Of a DNA stretch of 64,000 nucleotides, positions 31,707-44,400 are shown piece by piece. The DNA is from Pseudomonadales bacterium (GTDB lineage Bacteria > Pseudomonadota > Gammaproteobacteria > Pseudomonadales > Azotimanducaceae). The stretch is from contig OZ241339.1 of NCBI GenBank assembly GCA_965200235.1, forward strand, positions 372,508 to 436,507. The letters run 5' to 3'. Position 1 is the stretch's first letter, and the number at the start of each line of letters is the position of its first letter. The notes under the pieces are model-generated. The model saw only the letters and a program-made list of their open reading frames with translations. It was not told the DNA's origin and did not search any database. The position numbers and the translations under genes are program-made.

Positions 31707-31969
31707 GTGTCCTGTCCCATAAATAAGTGTGGATTCAGCGCGCAGGAGAAGGGCTGTGGCAAGGCGCGTTCCGCAGGCAATACTTTGCCGTATTGCCAAG
31801 GGACGCAACGCGGCCACAGCCCTTCTCCTGCGCGCCCTCCGGGAGTGGGCACAATCGCCGACGGCTGCGTTGCAGCCCTTGGCAATATGCCCGATATTCC
31901 CTGCGGACTGCGCCTTGCCGTCGGCGATTGTGCCCACTCTGAATCACACTTATTTATGGGACAGGACAC
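31707..31969. mobile_element. MITE family B, copy 2 (inverted relative to copy 1), abutting MITE A2
   Basis: Same 26-bp TIR as copy 1. It shares the CTAG at 31704-31707 with the end of MITE A2, so this is a nested or adjacent insertion. Confidence 0.8.
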
Positions 31970-32057
31970 TAGTTCAGTCGCGCTTTTGCGATCAAAGTGA
32001 CATGTCTACTGACCAATTACAAGGGCGCACGGCGCGGCATCCGCCTTGGCATGCCCT

Positions 32058-32210
32058 TGTCAGTGAGCGTCGTTCGCCTCCTCGCCTTCCGTGCTCGCCA
32101 TCGCGGCCATCAAGGACATCCGTCCCCTTTATAAAGTTAACTTTATGACAACTGCTTGGCGTCGAGCAGAAGATAGCACTTCTCGGGCAGGAACGCCGGC
32201 ATCGTCGTAG
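32058..32210 (-). pseudogene. decayed fragment of an Rpn-family gene (paralog of 30300-31316)
   Basis: 32060-32082 resembles the 3' end of the rpn-like gene (30298-30320). Further on, 32083-32205 resembles 30758-30890, including an exact 30-mer CTTGGCGTCGAGCAGAAGATAGCACTTCTC (32155-32184 = 30835-30864). An internal segment of about 440 bp is missing and there is no intact ORF. Confidence 0.55.
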
Positions 32211-32242
32211 GTGATTGTCGCTATATTTTGTAGGAAAAGCTA

Positions 32243-32271
32243 TTGACACCGCAATCATTTGCTAGTAACGT
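32243..32271 (+). promoter_or_regulatory. candidate sigma70-like promoter upstream of the giant autotransporter gene
   Basis: TTGACA (32243-32248), a 17-nt spacer, then TAACGT (32266-32271), in an AT-rich intergenic region. This is a pattern match only. Confidence 0.25.
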
Positions 32272-32330
32272 CAAATTTGCTCGCTAGCCAATTTCTCTGT
32301 GTGGACAGCACTCACCGCGCGGCACTGTGT

Positions 32331-32344
32331 GGGGGGGGGGGGGG
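32331..32344 (+). repeat. homopolymeric G14 tract 90 nt upstream of the giant autotransporter start codon
   Basis: Read directly: 14 consecutive G at 32331-32344, between the candidate promoter and ATG 32434. Confidence 0.95.
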
Positions 32345-32433
32345 CTCAAGTACAATTGCTTTGATGCGATGAAGTTGCATTTGAGTAGGAATTTTACGTT
32401 GAAAGAACATTACGAATCATAAGGTTGAACTGA

Positions 32434-35400
32434 ATGTCCCTAAAGATCATGCCGGGTCTTGTGTCTGAGTTTTTCGGAAGGTGTGCGCGACGCGCTTATC
32501 ACCGAGCGCTGACCACTGTAGCGCTGCTCATCCTGCCGCTCGCGCTTGGGCTCGCGGCAACCCCAACCCTCGCCCAAACCGCCGGCATCCAGCTTAGCCG
32601 CACCACCTTCACGCTCTACGCCGACAACGACGATATCAGCTATTCGGTGAGGCTGCGCTCGCAGCCCTCGGCGGATGTCACGGTCAGGATCCAGCTCGAT
32701 AATTTCGGCGTCTCGCGGGTGATATTCGACAACCCCAATGTCTGCGTGCCCATCCCCGGCGTCACCAACGGCCCCGCGGGCTGCACCAACGGCGTGTTCC
32801 GCTGGCTCGACCTGACGTTCACCAACAGCAACTGGAATCAGTGGCAACAAGTGGATGCGAGCCGTTTCGCCGAAACCGGTTTCTCGGAAGACGGCGACCA
32901 AAGCGCTATCTTCTCGCACACCGCCACATCCTCGGACAACAGCTACAACAACTTGGGCGGCCCGAGCTTCACGGTCACCCCCACCTCCGATAACGACAGC
33001 GAACCCACTTCGGCCTTGACGTTCCTGCCTGCGGCGGTGAGCGTCAACGAGGATTCGACCGACACCTATAGCGTGCGCCTGCGCAGCGACCCGGGCAACG
33101 GCAGCACCGTCACCATCACGCCCAACTCGGGCGGCCTCACCGCGTTCACGGTGGCGCCCACCTCGCTCACCTTCACCGGCGGCGGCTCGGGCACTTGGAG
33201 CACGCCGCAAACCGTCACCATCACGCCGGTGCCCGACGGCGATGCCGGCGACGACACCTACACCATCGCGCACAGCGGCAGCGGCGGCGGCGTCCCGTCG
33301 AACGCTGGCGGCCTGTCGCTCACCATTGTCGATACGGTCTCGCGCGGCATCACATTCAATCCCAAGATGATCGCCCTGCTCGAAGATGACAACAGCACCT
33401 ACACATTCCGCCTAGCGACGCAGCCGAGCGGCAACGTCACCGTGGCGGGCGAGATCGGCGATGTGCGCGTTGCCATCGTGTGCGACCCAAATGCCCCATC
33501 CGGCTCAGATGGCCGATGCCTGACCGGTAGCAGCGACGTCACCCGCACCAACGCGGAGCGGTTCAGCTACACCTTCACCACCACCACTTGGAATCAGCCC
33601 GCGACGGTGGAACTCGTGTCGCAGAGTTCGACTAGCCGAACGTCCACCACCATCTCGCACACGGCCACGGGCGGCGGCTATAACAGCGTTTCGGCATCGC
33701 TGCCGGTAACGTTCGAGCCCCCGACCGAGCCGCGGGTGGTGCTTGAAGTGTCGTCGCAGTCGGCTACCGAAGGCAGCCCGGTCAACGTCACTGTCAACTT
33801 GGAGGGCGGCCCCACGCTCAGTGCCAACACCGTCTTCCCGATTACGATCACCAACGGCAGCGCGGAATCCGCCGACTACACCGCGATCAGCAGCGTCACC
33901 GTGAACGCGGGCGCGCGCAGCGGCAGCGCATCGATTGCGATCACCGACGACAACGTGTTCGAGGCCGCCGAAACCTTCACCGTCGCGCTCGGCACGCTGC
34001 CAAGCGGCGTGCGGAAGTCGCGCCCGGACGAGCCGACATCGTATGAAATCACCATCGCGACAAGTGACAGGCCGGAACTGCGCCTTGAGGCGCCGACTAC
34101 GGTGAACGCGGGCGGACGTCAGCCCGCCCGCCAATTTGAATTCAAGGTGATTGCGAGCAATCCTGCGGACAAGGATATCACCGTGCCGCTCGATGTCACC
34201 ATTACAGTGCCCGTCTCGATAGGGGGGGACGCTGACGGCAACTTGTTAGCTGCCACTGATGGCGGCAGAAAGTTGCTTACGCTTTCTGAAGGCGATACGG
34301 AGGTGAGTTATTCATTATGGGCTTCTGATATCGAAGCCGACAGTTCGCGGGGCAGGGCCGAGGCCGAGATCGTCACTGGCGCCGATTACACCGTCAGCAG
34401 CACCGCAGGCAGCGCCACGGTCACTGTGCAGAATGACTATACAACGTTTATTGGTTTGACGGCGCAAGCTGGCAATATCAGCGAGACCAGCGGCAGCAAG
34501 ACGATCACCATTGCCTTGGAACGCGGCTTGGTGACCCCCGAGGCGCTCGCCGTGCCGCTCGAAATCACCGGCACGGCGGTGCTCGGCACCGACTACACGC
34601 TGAGCGCGCCCCCCACCTTGCCGAGGGGTGTGGCCTACAGCAACCTCGGCAGCACCGACCTCACCAATAGCCCGCCCACGGTCACCTTCACCGGCGGCGC
34701 GACGCTGAGCGCCACCACCGCCACGCTCATCGTATCAGCCACGTCCGATACGCTCGACGAAGCGAATGAAACCATCGGCATCGCGATGGACTCGGCGATC
34801 AATAGCGTCAATGCCGGCACGAACCTTGACGGTGGTGTCCAATTCGAAAGAGATGAGTCGTCGGTAAGTTTCAGCATCACCGACGACGACGACACTCCCG
34901 AAGTCAGCATCACCGGCCCCAACGCCGCGCTCACCGAAGGCGCCACCGCCGAATACACCATCAGCGTTAGCGGCGAGGCGCAGGCCGAATTGTCGATCGG
35001 CCTGACGGTCAGCCAAGTGGGCGCCTTCGTCGATGCCGACGACCTCGGCGCGCAAACCCTGACGCTCGCCTCCGGCGTCACCAGCCTCAATTTTGAGGTC
35101 GTAACGCTCGCCGACTCCGCCGACGAGCGCGACGGCTCGCTCACCGTCGCGCTCAACACAGGCACCGGCTACACCGTCAGTTCCGGCGCGGGCTCGGCGA
35201 CCGTCGCCGTCAACGACAACGACGCCACCTTCGTCGAGATGTCCATCGGCGGGTCGAGTGATGTGGACGAGGCGAGCGGCAGCAAAACCATCACCATCGA
35301 GATTAGCCGCGGCCTCGTGGCGGGCGAAGTGCTCGCCCTGCCGCTTGCGGTTGGCGGCACCGCCACGCTCGGCACCGACTATACCCTCGCCGCGCCCACC

Positions 35401-38400
35401 AGCCTGCCCACCGGCGTCACTTACACCACCCTCGGCAGCGCGCCCACGGTCACTTTCACCGGCGCCGCCACGCCAACGGCTTCGGAAGCCACGCTTATTT
35501 TCACGGCCACTTCGGACAACCTCGACGAGGGCGACTCGGAATCGTTCACGATCAACCTGCCGACCTTGAACGCGAATTCCGGCACCAATCTCACCGGCGG
35601 TGCCGCCGGCAGCGACAGCGTCGCACTCGATATCACCGATGACGATCCGCCGCCGGCGCTGTCGGTGAGCGTATCGCCGACCACCGCCATCACCGAAGGC
35701 ACCAGCGTCACTTACACCGTCAGCGCGCCCAATCCGTCCGCTGAAGAACTCACCATCCCCTACACCGTCTCGCAATCGACCGGCGCCGCCTTCCTCGCCG
35801 CCGACAGCGTCGGCGCGGATGAGCTGACCTTGCCGGCGGGCGACACCAGCGTCACCTACACCCTCGCCACCGCCTCCGACCAGAACGACGAGATCGACGG
35901 CAGCTTCACCTTCGCGCTGTCAACGCCGGCGAACGACGCCGGCTACACGCTCGTCTCCGGCGAGACCTCGGTCACGACCGATGTGCGCGACGACGACCCC
36001 ACCACCGTCACGCTCAACGTGCCCGCCGGCGCCATCGCCGAGAACGCTGGCAGCAAAACCCTCACCGTCGTCCTCGGCCGGGGACTGGTGGCGGGCGAGC
36101 GGCTGACCGTGGACGTGCGCTTCGCCGGCACCGCCACCTATACCACCGACTACACGGTGACGCGCCCCTCCGGCTCGATTCCCGCCGGCATCACCTACAA
36201 CAGCTTCGGCGCCACCACGCGCGTATTCGTGGTCGGCCCCTCCGCCAATTCGTTCGGCCTCGTCGTCACCGCCGTGCAGGACAACTTGAACGAAGGCGCC
36301 TCGGAATCGATCATCGCCTCGCTCGCGCCGCTGAACGCGAGTTCCGGCACCGGCCTTAGCGGCGGCGCCAGCGCCAGCGGCGGCGCCACCTTCGCGATCA
36401 CCGACGACGACAGCGGCGGCGGCGCCACCATCGCCGCGGACGCGGCGATGGTGGCCGAAGGTACTGCGGCGAGCTTCACCGTCACCCTCGCCAGCGCCTC
36501 GGTCACCGCCACCACCGTCAACTACACCGTGTCGCAAACCGGCACGGTGCTCGCGGCCAACGCGGCCGGCAATAAATCCGTGGTGGTGGCCGCTGGCGAA
36601 ACCGAAGCCACCTTCACCGTCGGCACCGCCTCGGACACCACCGACGAAGTGAGCGGCTCGGTGGATGTCACGATCACCAGCGGCACCGGCTATACGGTGG
36701 GCGCCACCAGCACGGCTTCGGTCGAGGTCACCGACGACGACCCCACCCTCGTCGCCATCGCCGCCGCCAGCGACAATAGCGCGCTTGAAGGCAGCACCAC
36801 CGACACGGCCATGTTCACCGTCACCCTTGGGCGCGGGCTGGTCGATGGCGAGAGCCTTGAAGTGCCGCTCGCCGTTACCGGCATCGCCGCAGCCGAGTAT
36901 TCGCTTGCCGTCGCCGCCGCCACCGGTGTTGCCCTGTCGGGCAACACGCTCACCTTCACCGGCCCGGAGAGCGGCGCCAGCGCCAGGACCGCCACCATCA
37001 CCTTCACTGCGGCCGACGACGAAAGCGCCACGGACGCCGCCAACGAAGCGGTTGCCATCACCATCCCCGCGTCCTCGGCCAGCGGCACGCCGCGCATGAC
37101 CGCGAGCGGCCTCGACGGCGGCGCCTCCGGTTCGGGCACGGCGGGCATCACCATCGTCGATAAGGGCATTGCCGGCGGCGCGGTGAGCGTCAGCGCCGGC
37201 GCCGCCGTCACCGAAGGCGAGTCGGCCACCTTCACCCTCGCCATCAGCACCGCCTCGACCAATCCGGTCACGGTCAATGTGACCGTGGCCGAAACCGGCA
37301 TGGTGCTCGCGGCTAACGAAGACGGGGCGCGCACGGTGGTCATCCCGGCGGGCGAAACCGAAGCCACCTTCACCGTCGGCACCGCCTCGGATGCCATCGA
37401 CGAGCAGAGCGGCTCGGTCGATGTGACGGTCAACACCGGCACCGGCTACAGCGTGGGCACCAACCAGGCATCGGTGGCGGTGGCGGACGACGACCCCACC
37501 GTCGTCACCATCGCCGCAACCGATGGCACCGCCATCGAAGGCGACAGCGATGCCACCGCCGAGTTCACCGTCACCCTCTCGCGCAGGCTCGTTGCGGGCG
37601 AAAGCCTTGTGGTGCCGATCGGCGTGGCCGGCCTCGCCGCCCGCTCCGAATACACCCTCGCGCTTGCCGACGCCGAAGATATCGCGCTCGCCGACAATGA
37701 TCTCACCTTCACCGGCGTTGACGCGGACAGCGATACCACCGCTACCATCACTCTCACCGCGAACGCCGACAGCGTCGCCTCGGATGCCGCCAACGAAGCG
37801 GTGACCGTCACCATCCCGGCGTCTTCGGCCAGCGGCACGCCGCGCATGACCGCGAGCGGCCTCGCCGGCGGCGCCAGCGGCGCGGGCCGGGCGCGCATCA
37901 CCATCACCGACGCGGGCATCACCGCCGGCGCGGTCACCATCGCCCGCAGCGCTGCATCCGTCACCGAAGGCGGCACGGCCACCTTCACGCTCACCTCCGC
38001 CAACGCCGCCAGCAAGGCCACCACGGTCAACGTCACGATTGCCCAGACCGGCGCGGTGGTCGCGTCGAGTAATCTCGGTGCCCGCGAAGTGGTGATTCCG
38101 GCCAATGCGTCGAGCGTGAGCTTCACCGTGGCCACCACTGCGGATGCCATCGACGAGCCCAGTGGCACGGTCACGGCCACGGTCGCCGCCGGCACCGGCT
38201 ATACGGTGGGCGCCACCAGCACGGTTTCGGTCGAGGTCACCGATAACGACCCGACCTCGGTCACCCTCGCCGCCACCGACACCGCCGCCGCCGAGGGCGA
38301 CAGCAGCGACACCGCGGCCTTCACCGTCACCCTCGGCCGCGCGCTCGAAAGCGGCGAAACCCTGGTGGTGCCCATCGCCGTCGCCGGTTTCGCCAGCAAC

Positions 38401-41400
38401 GCAGAGTACTCGCTCGCGCTCACCGCCGGCACCGGCCTCAGCCTCACCGGCAACACGCTCACCTTCACCGGCATGGCAAGCGCCGCGCGCATCGCCACCA
38501 TCACGCTGTCCGCGCTGGCCGAAACCGATACCAGCGATGCCGACAACGAAGCGGTGACCGTCACCATCCCGGCGTCCTCGACCGCGGGCACCTCGCGCAT
38601 GACTGCCACTGGGCTCGACGGCGGCGCCGTCGGCACCGGCAGCGCGCGCATCGCCATCACCGATGCCGGCGTCGCCGCCACTCCGGGCGTGACCTTGAGC
38701 GGCGGCACGCTCGTTGTGAAAGAAAACGAAAGCGCCAGCTACACCATCGTGCTCGATACGGATCCGGGCCAGGGCAGCACCGTCACGGTCACGCCGGCAT
38801 CGGCCAATACCGACCTGTCGTTCAGTCCCCTCAGCGTCATGTTCACCGGCGGCGCCAGCGGCACTTGGGACGTGCCGATGGCCGTGACCGTGACCGCGGG
38901 CGCCGATGGCGATGTCGCGAACGACAGCGCTACCATCACCCATAGCGTCAGCGGCTACACTGGCGTGGCGACGGTCGGCGATATCACGGTCAGCGTCACC
39001 GATGCCATGCACGGCTGGGTGGTCGAACCCGAGGAGTTGACGGTGGCAGTCGGCGACACGGCCACCTACACCGTGCGCCTGCTGAGCGAGCCATCACGCC
39101 AAGTGCGCTTTACCGCTTCGAGCGACTCTAATGGAACTGCCCGCGTGGCGCCGACCGATCGTCAAAATATCGCGCCAGGTAACTGGCAAACAGGGCGTCA
39201 GATGACTGTCAACCCTCGCAGGGCGGGCACAGCCATTATTACGCATGCCAACAACACTGGCAGCCAGGAAACGAGCTACAGATCAGAACCTATTCCATCG
39301 GTGAAGGTGCTCGTCACAGCGAGCGGCGCGCCGATGGTGAGCATTGCGGCCGACGAGGCGAGCTTTACTGAAGACGGTTCGGCCACCTTCACCGTCTCCT
39401 CAGACGAGGCTGCGGGAAGCGGCGGCTTGCTCGTGGACCTCACAGCCGTCCAGGAAGGCCGCTATGCTGACAGCGGTCTGCCGACAGATGTCTGGATTTT
39501 AGAAGATCAACGAGCGGCAACGGTCACCGTTGACCTTGAAGACGACAGCGCCGATGAGTCTGACGGTAGCTTGACGCTGACCCTGTCGAGCAGCGAGGAC
39601 TATCAAGTGAGCTCAAGCGGATCGGCCACTACGATCCTCGTTGACAACGATGCCACTTTGGTCACCCTCGCCCGCACAAGCGGCGCCGATGCCAACATCG
39701 ACGAAACAGCGGGCGAATCCTCGCTCACGGTCATGCTCGGCCGCGCCTTGGTGGCGGGCGAGGTGCTCAGCGTGCCGCTCGCCGTCACCGGCACCGCCAC
39801 CTTGAATACCGACTACACGCTCGCGGCGCCGGCCAGGCGGCCGGCGGGCGTCACCTACGCGGGCCTCAATACGGCTTCGCCGAGCATCACCTTCACCGGC
39901 GGCGCATCGAGTTCGGCGTCCGCATCGGTGCGCGTGCTGGCGAGCTCGGACGCGGCGGCGGAAAGCGATGAAACCATCAACATCGCGCTTGGCACGCTGG
40001 ACGCAAACTCCGGCACCAACTTGGATGGCGGCGCGAGCGGTTCGGGTTCGGCGGCCTTCACCATCGCTGATGACGACGGCACCGGGCCGGTCATCAGCGT
40101 GACGGCGGGCGCCGCGGTCACCGAAGGCGCCAACGCCAGCTTCACCGTCACCGCCGCCCCGGCGCCGTCGGCGAACCTTACCGTCAACCTCAGCGTCGGC
40201 GCCAGCGGCGATTTCGTGGCGGGCACCAACACCGGCGGCAAGACCGTCACCATCCCCACCGGCGGCAGCGCCACCTACACGGTGGCCACGGTGGGTGACG
40301 GCGTTGACGAGCCGAACGGCAGCGTCACGCTCACCGCGGTGGCCGGCCAAGGCTACTCGGTCGGCAATTCCGGCAGTGGCACTGTCACGGTCAACGACAA
40401 CGACAACACCAGCGTGACCTTAAGCGCGCCCGCCAGCAATATCGGCGAGACCGGCGGCAGCAAGGCGCTTACCGTCACGCTTGGCCGGGCGCTCGTCAGC
40501 GGCGAGACGCTGACGGTGCCGGTCAATTTCGCCGGCGCCGCCACCCGCGCCACCTTCGGTACTGACTACACAATCGCCTCGACCGCCGCGACCGGCGTCG
40601 CCTACAGCGCGCTCACCAGCAGCCCGATCACGATCACCTTCACCGGCCGCGCCAGCGCCTCGCGCACCGCCACGCTGACCTTGAGCGCTACAGGCGACAC
40701 CACCGAGGAACCCAACGAGAATATCGCCGTCAGCCTCGGCGCGCCCACCGCGAACGCCGCGCTCGGCGGCGCCACCGGCTCGGGCACGGTGAGCTTCTCG
40801 ATCACCGACGACGACGGCAGCCTGCCGTCGGTGACCATCGCCAGGAGCGGCGCTTCGGTCACCGAGGGCGCCAATGCCACCTTCACCGTCACCGCGAGCG
40901 CCGCGCCGGATGCGAACCTCACGGTGAATCTCAATGTCGCGCGCGTCGGCAATTTCGTCACCAGCACCAATGCCGGCAGCAAGACCGTCACCATCAATTC
41001 CGGGTCAACCACGGCCACGTTCAACGTGGCGACTGCAGGCGATACCGCCGACGAGGCTGACGGCAGCGTCACGGTCAGCGTCGCCACCGGCAGCGGCTAC
41101 ACGGTGGGCTCGACAAGCAGCGCGACGGTGGATATCAACGATAACGACGCCACGACGGTCACGCTGTCCGCGCCCGCCAGCAATATCGGCGAGACCGGCG
41201 GCAGCAAGCAGATCACCGTCACATTGGGCCGGGCGCTCGTCTCAGGCGAGACGCTGACGGTGCCGGTCAATTTCGCCGGCGCCAACCCCCAAGCCACCTT
41301 CGGCACCGACTACACGGTGGCCGCGCCCAGCACCGTGCCGGGCGGGGTCGGCTATAGCGCCACCACCAGCAGCCCCATCACCATCACCTTCACCGGCGGC

Positions 41401-44400
41401 GCGGGCGCCTCGCGCGCCGCTACGCTCACTTTGAGCGCGCGCGGCGACACCAGCGAGGAAAGCGACGAGAATATCGCGCTCAGCCTCGGCACGCTTGGCG
41501 CGGCCAGCCTTTCCGGCGGCGCGACCGGCTCGGGCGCGCCCAGCTTCCAGATCATCGACGACGACGCCAGCCTGCCGGTGGTGAGCGTCGTCCAGGGCAC
41601 CTCGCCGGTCACCGAAGGCACGCCGGCCAGCTTCACCGTCAGCGTCGCCCCAACGCAGAGCGCGGCGCTTACCGTGAACGTCAATATCTCGCGCGTCGGC
41701 AACTTTATTGCGAGCGGGGACGCCGGCATCGATACTGTTACCATTCCCACCGCCGGCACCGTCACCTATTCCGTGGATACGACCGCCGACACCACGGACG
41801 AGGCCAACGGCAGCGTCACGCTCACCGCCACCGCCGGGCGTGGCTACACCGTGTCCGGCAGCGCGGGCAGCGCAACAGTGGCGGTCAACGATAACGACAA
41901 CACCGGCGTCACCTTAAGCGCGCGCGCCGGCAATATCGGCGAGACCGGCGGCACGAAGGAACTCACCGTCACCCTCGGCCGCCCGCTCGCCGCCGGCGAG
42001 ACGCTCGCCGTGCCGCTCACCTTTGGCGGCACCGCCACCTTCGGCAGCGATTACACGCTGTCCTCGCCCACTCCGCGGCCGAGCGGCGTGGGCTATAGCA
42101 ACCTCAGCAGCACGAACCTCACCGATAATCCGCCCACCATCACCTTCACCGGCGGAGCCGCCGTCTCGCGCACCGCCACCTTGACGGTAAGCGCCTCCAA
42201 CAACGCGGTCGAGGAGACGGACGAGACCGTCACCGTGGCCTTGGGCACGCTCGCGGCGAACACCGCGCTCGGCGCCGCCACCGGTTCGGGCACCGCGAGC
42301 TTCTCGATCATCGACGACGACGACCCGTCGCTGCCGACGGTGAACGTCGCCGCCGGCGCGGCCGTTGCCGAAGGCGGCAACGCCACCTTCACATTCAGCG
42401 TCAGCCCGGCGACGCATCCCGCGCTCACCGTGCGCTACACGGTCACCCAGAACGGCAGCTTCCTCACCAGCGGCGCGCTCGGTGCCGGCAAAACGGTGTC
42501 GCTCGCCGAGGACGCGGGCTCGGCCACCGTCAGCATCCCCACCGTCAACGACAGCAACGACGAGGCGGCCGGCGAGGTGACCGTCACCCTCACGGCGCAG
42601 GCGGCCTACCAGGTCGGCACCGGCAGCGATTCGGTGGATGTCACTGACAACGACCCGACGTCGGTCACGATTACAGCGCCTTCCGGCAATATCGCCGAGG
42701 ATGGCGGCACTAAGGTCATCACCGTCACGCTCGGCCGCGCGCTGGTGACCGGTGAATCCGCGTCGGTGGTGCTCGACCCCGGCGGCGCCGCCACCCTCGG
42801 CACCGACTACACGCTGCTCGCGCCGACCACGGTGCCGGCGGGCGTCGCCTATACCACGCTCGGCACCGCCCCCACGATCACCTTCACCGGCGGCACCGCG
42901 CCAGCGAGCGCCACCGTGACGCTGCGCGCCGACGACGACATTCGCGATGAAGGCGACGCCGAGACGGTGACGGTGGGCATCAACGGCACCGCCTCCTCCG
43001 CCACCAATCTTGGCGGCGGCTTGAGCGGCTCGGGCAGCGCGAGCTTCTCGATCACCGACGACGACGGCACGCCGGTGGTGAGCATTGCCGCCGGTGCAAC
43101 TGTGACCGAAGCGAGCGCCCTCGCGACATTCCCGATCACTATCAGTCCTGCACCTCAGGAAAATCTAAGCCTCATATTTTTTGTGTCCCAAATGGGCGAC
43201 TTTTCGGAATACCCTGGTGAACTCGGCCTTGTCGACTTTAGCAATGACTATGGTCCGTTGCCTCTCTTGATAGGGACGAGCACGACCGAGATCACATGGG
43301 ATTTACTGGACGACAGAACCGACGAGCCGTCCGGCTCCATTACCATCGAGCTCCGCCCAGGCAACGGCTACCGCGTGTCCTCGGCCGAAGGCGCATCAAG
43401 CGCCACCGTGAGGGTGCTCGATAACGACTCTTCAACCGTCACGCTCGCCGTCGCTGCCGGCGATCTCACCGAGCTGGTCAGCCCGGCCACTGACAAGCTG
43501 ACCATCTCGGTCAACCGTGCGCTCGTTGACGGCGAAGAGATCGCCGTGCCGATCGAATTCGCCGGCGGCGCCATCGGCACCCAGCTGAGCCTGTCCATGG
43601 CCACCACCACCGGCGCCTCGCTCAACGCCACCACCGGCGTGCTGACCTTCAGCAGCGGCGGCCAGAGCGCCACCGTGCGCATCGCGCCGCTGCTCGACCC
43701 GGACGAGATCGACAACACCATCACCGTCAGCCTCGGCACCTTGGGCCTCACCAACATCGACGGCGGCGCCAGCGCCACCGGCAGCGGCAGCTTCAATATT
43801 ATCGACGCCGGCCCGCAGCCGGCGGTCGATCTGTCCGCCACCACAGTGGCCTTGACCGAAGGCGGCGCCGCCGGCACCTACCGCGTCAAGCTGCACACCG
43901 ACCCGGGCGCGAGCGTCACCGTCACGCCGTCCTCGGCCGATGACACGCGCGTGACCGTCTCCGGCGCGCTCACCTTCACCGGCGGCGCCACCGGCACCTG
44001 GGACGACTGGCAAACCGTCACCCTCACGCCGCTGCCCGACGGCGACACCGCGAGCGAGGAAGTGGTCATTTCCCACGCCGTGACTGGCTACGGCAGCGTC
44101 ATCTCCGGCCCGGACCTGACCGTCTCGCTCGTTGATATCGGCGCCGGCGTGACGGTCACGCCCACCTCACTCACCGTCCAAGAAGGCTCGAGCGCCAATT
44201 ACACGGTGGTGCTCAACAGCCGTCCGAGCCAGAATGTCGTGATCACGCCGGCCAGCAGCGCGGTCGCCAACGCCACCGTCGGCGGTGCCGTCACCATCAT
44301 GCCCGCCACTTGGGATCAGCCGCGCACGGTGCAGGTCACCGGCGTCGATCGCGGCAGCGCCAATATCAACCACGCAGTCACGTCCGCGGACAGCAGCTAC

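Noticed and set aside
32331-32344. G14 tract as a mere sequencing artefact
   Set aside because: I cannot exclude this from the sequence alone. It is kept as a finding because the position upstream of a giant surface protein fits known phase-variation logic. Raw reads are needed to decide.
35920-39012. Very long antisense ORFs inside the giant gene (1030 aa here; also 49822-52491 at 889 aa, 52870-54633 at 587 aa, 46168-47646 at 492 aa, and many others)
   Set aside because: They lie opposite a repetitive, high-GC coding region where stop codons are rare in every frame. Their translations are low-complexity and rich in Arg/Gly/Ala/Asp, with no recognisable motifs. The sense-strand ORF is uninterrupted, has a signal peptide, domain repeats and a barrel, and explains the region.
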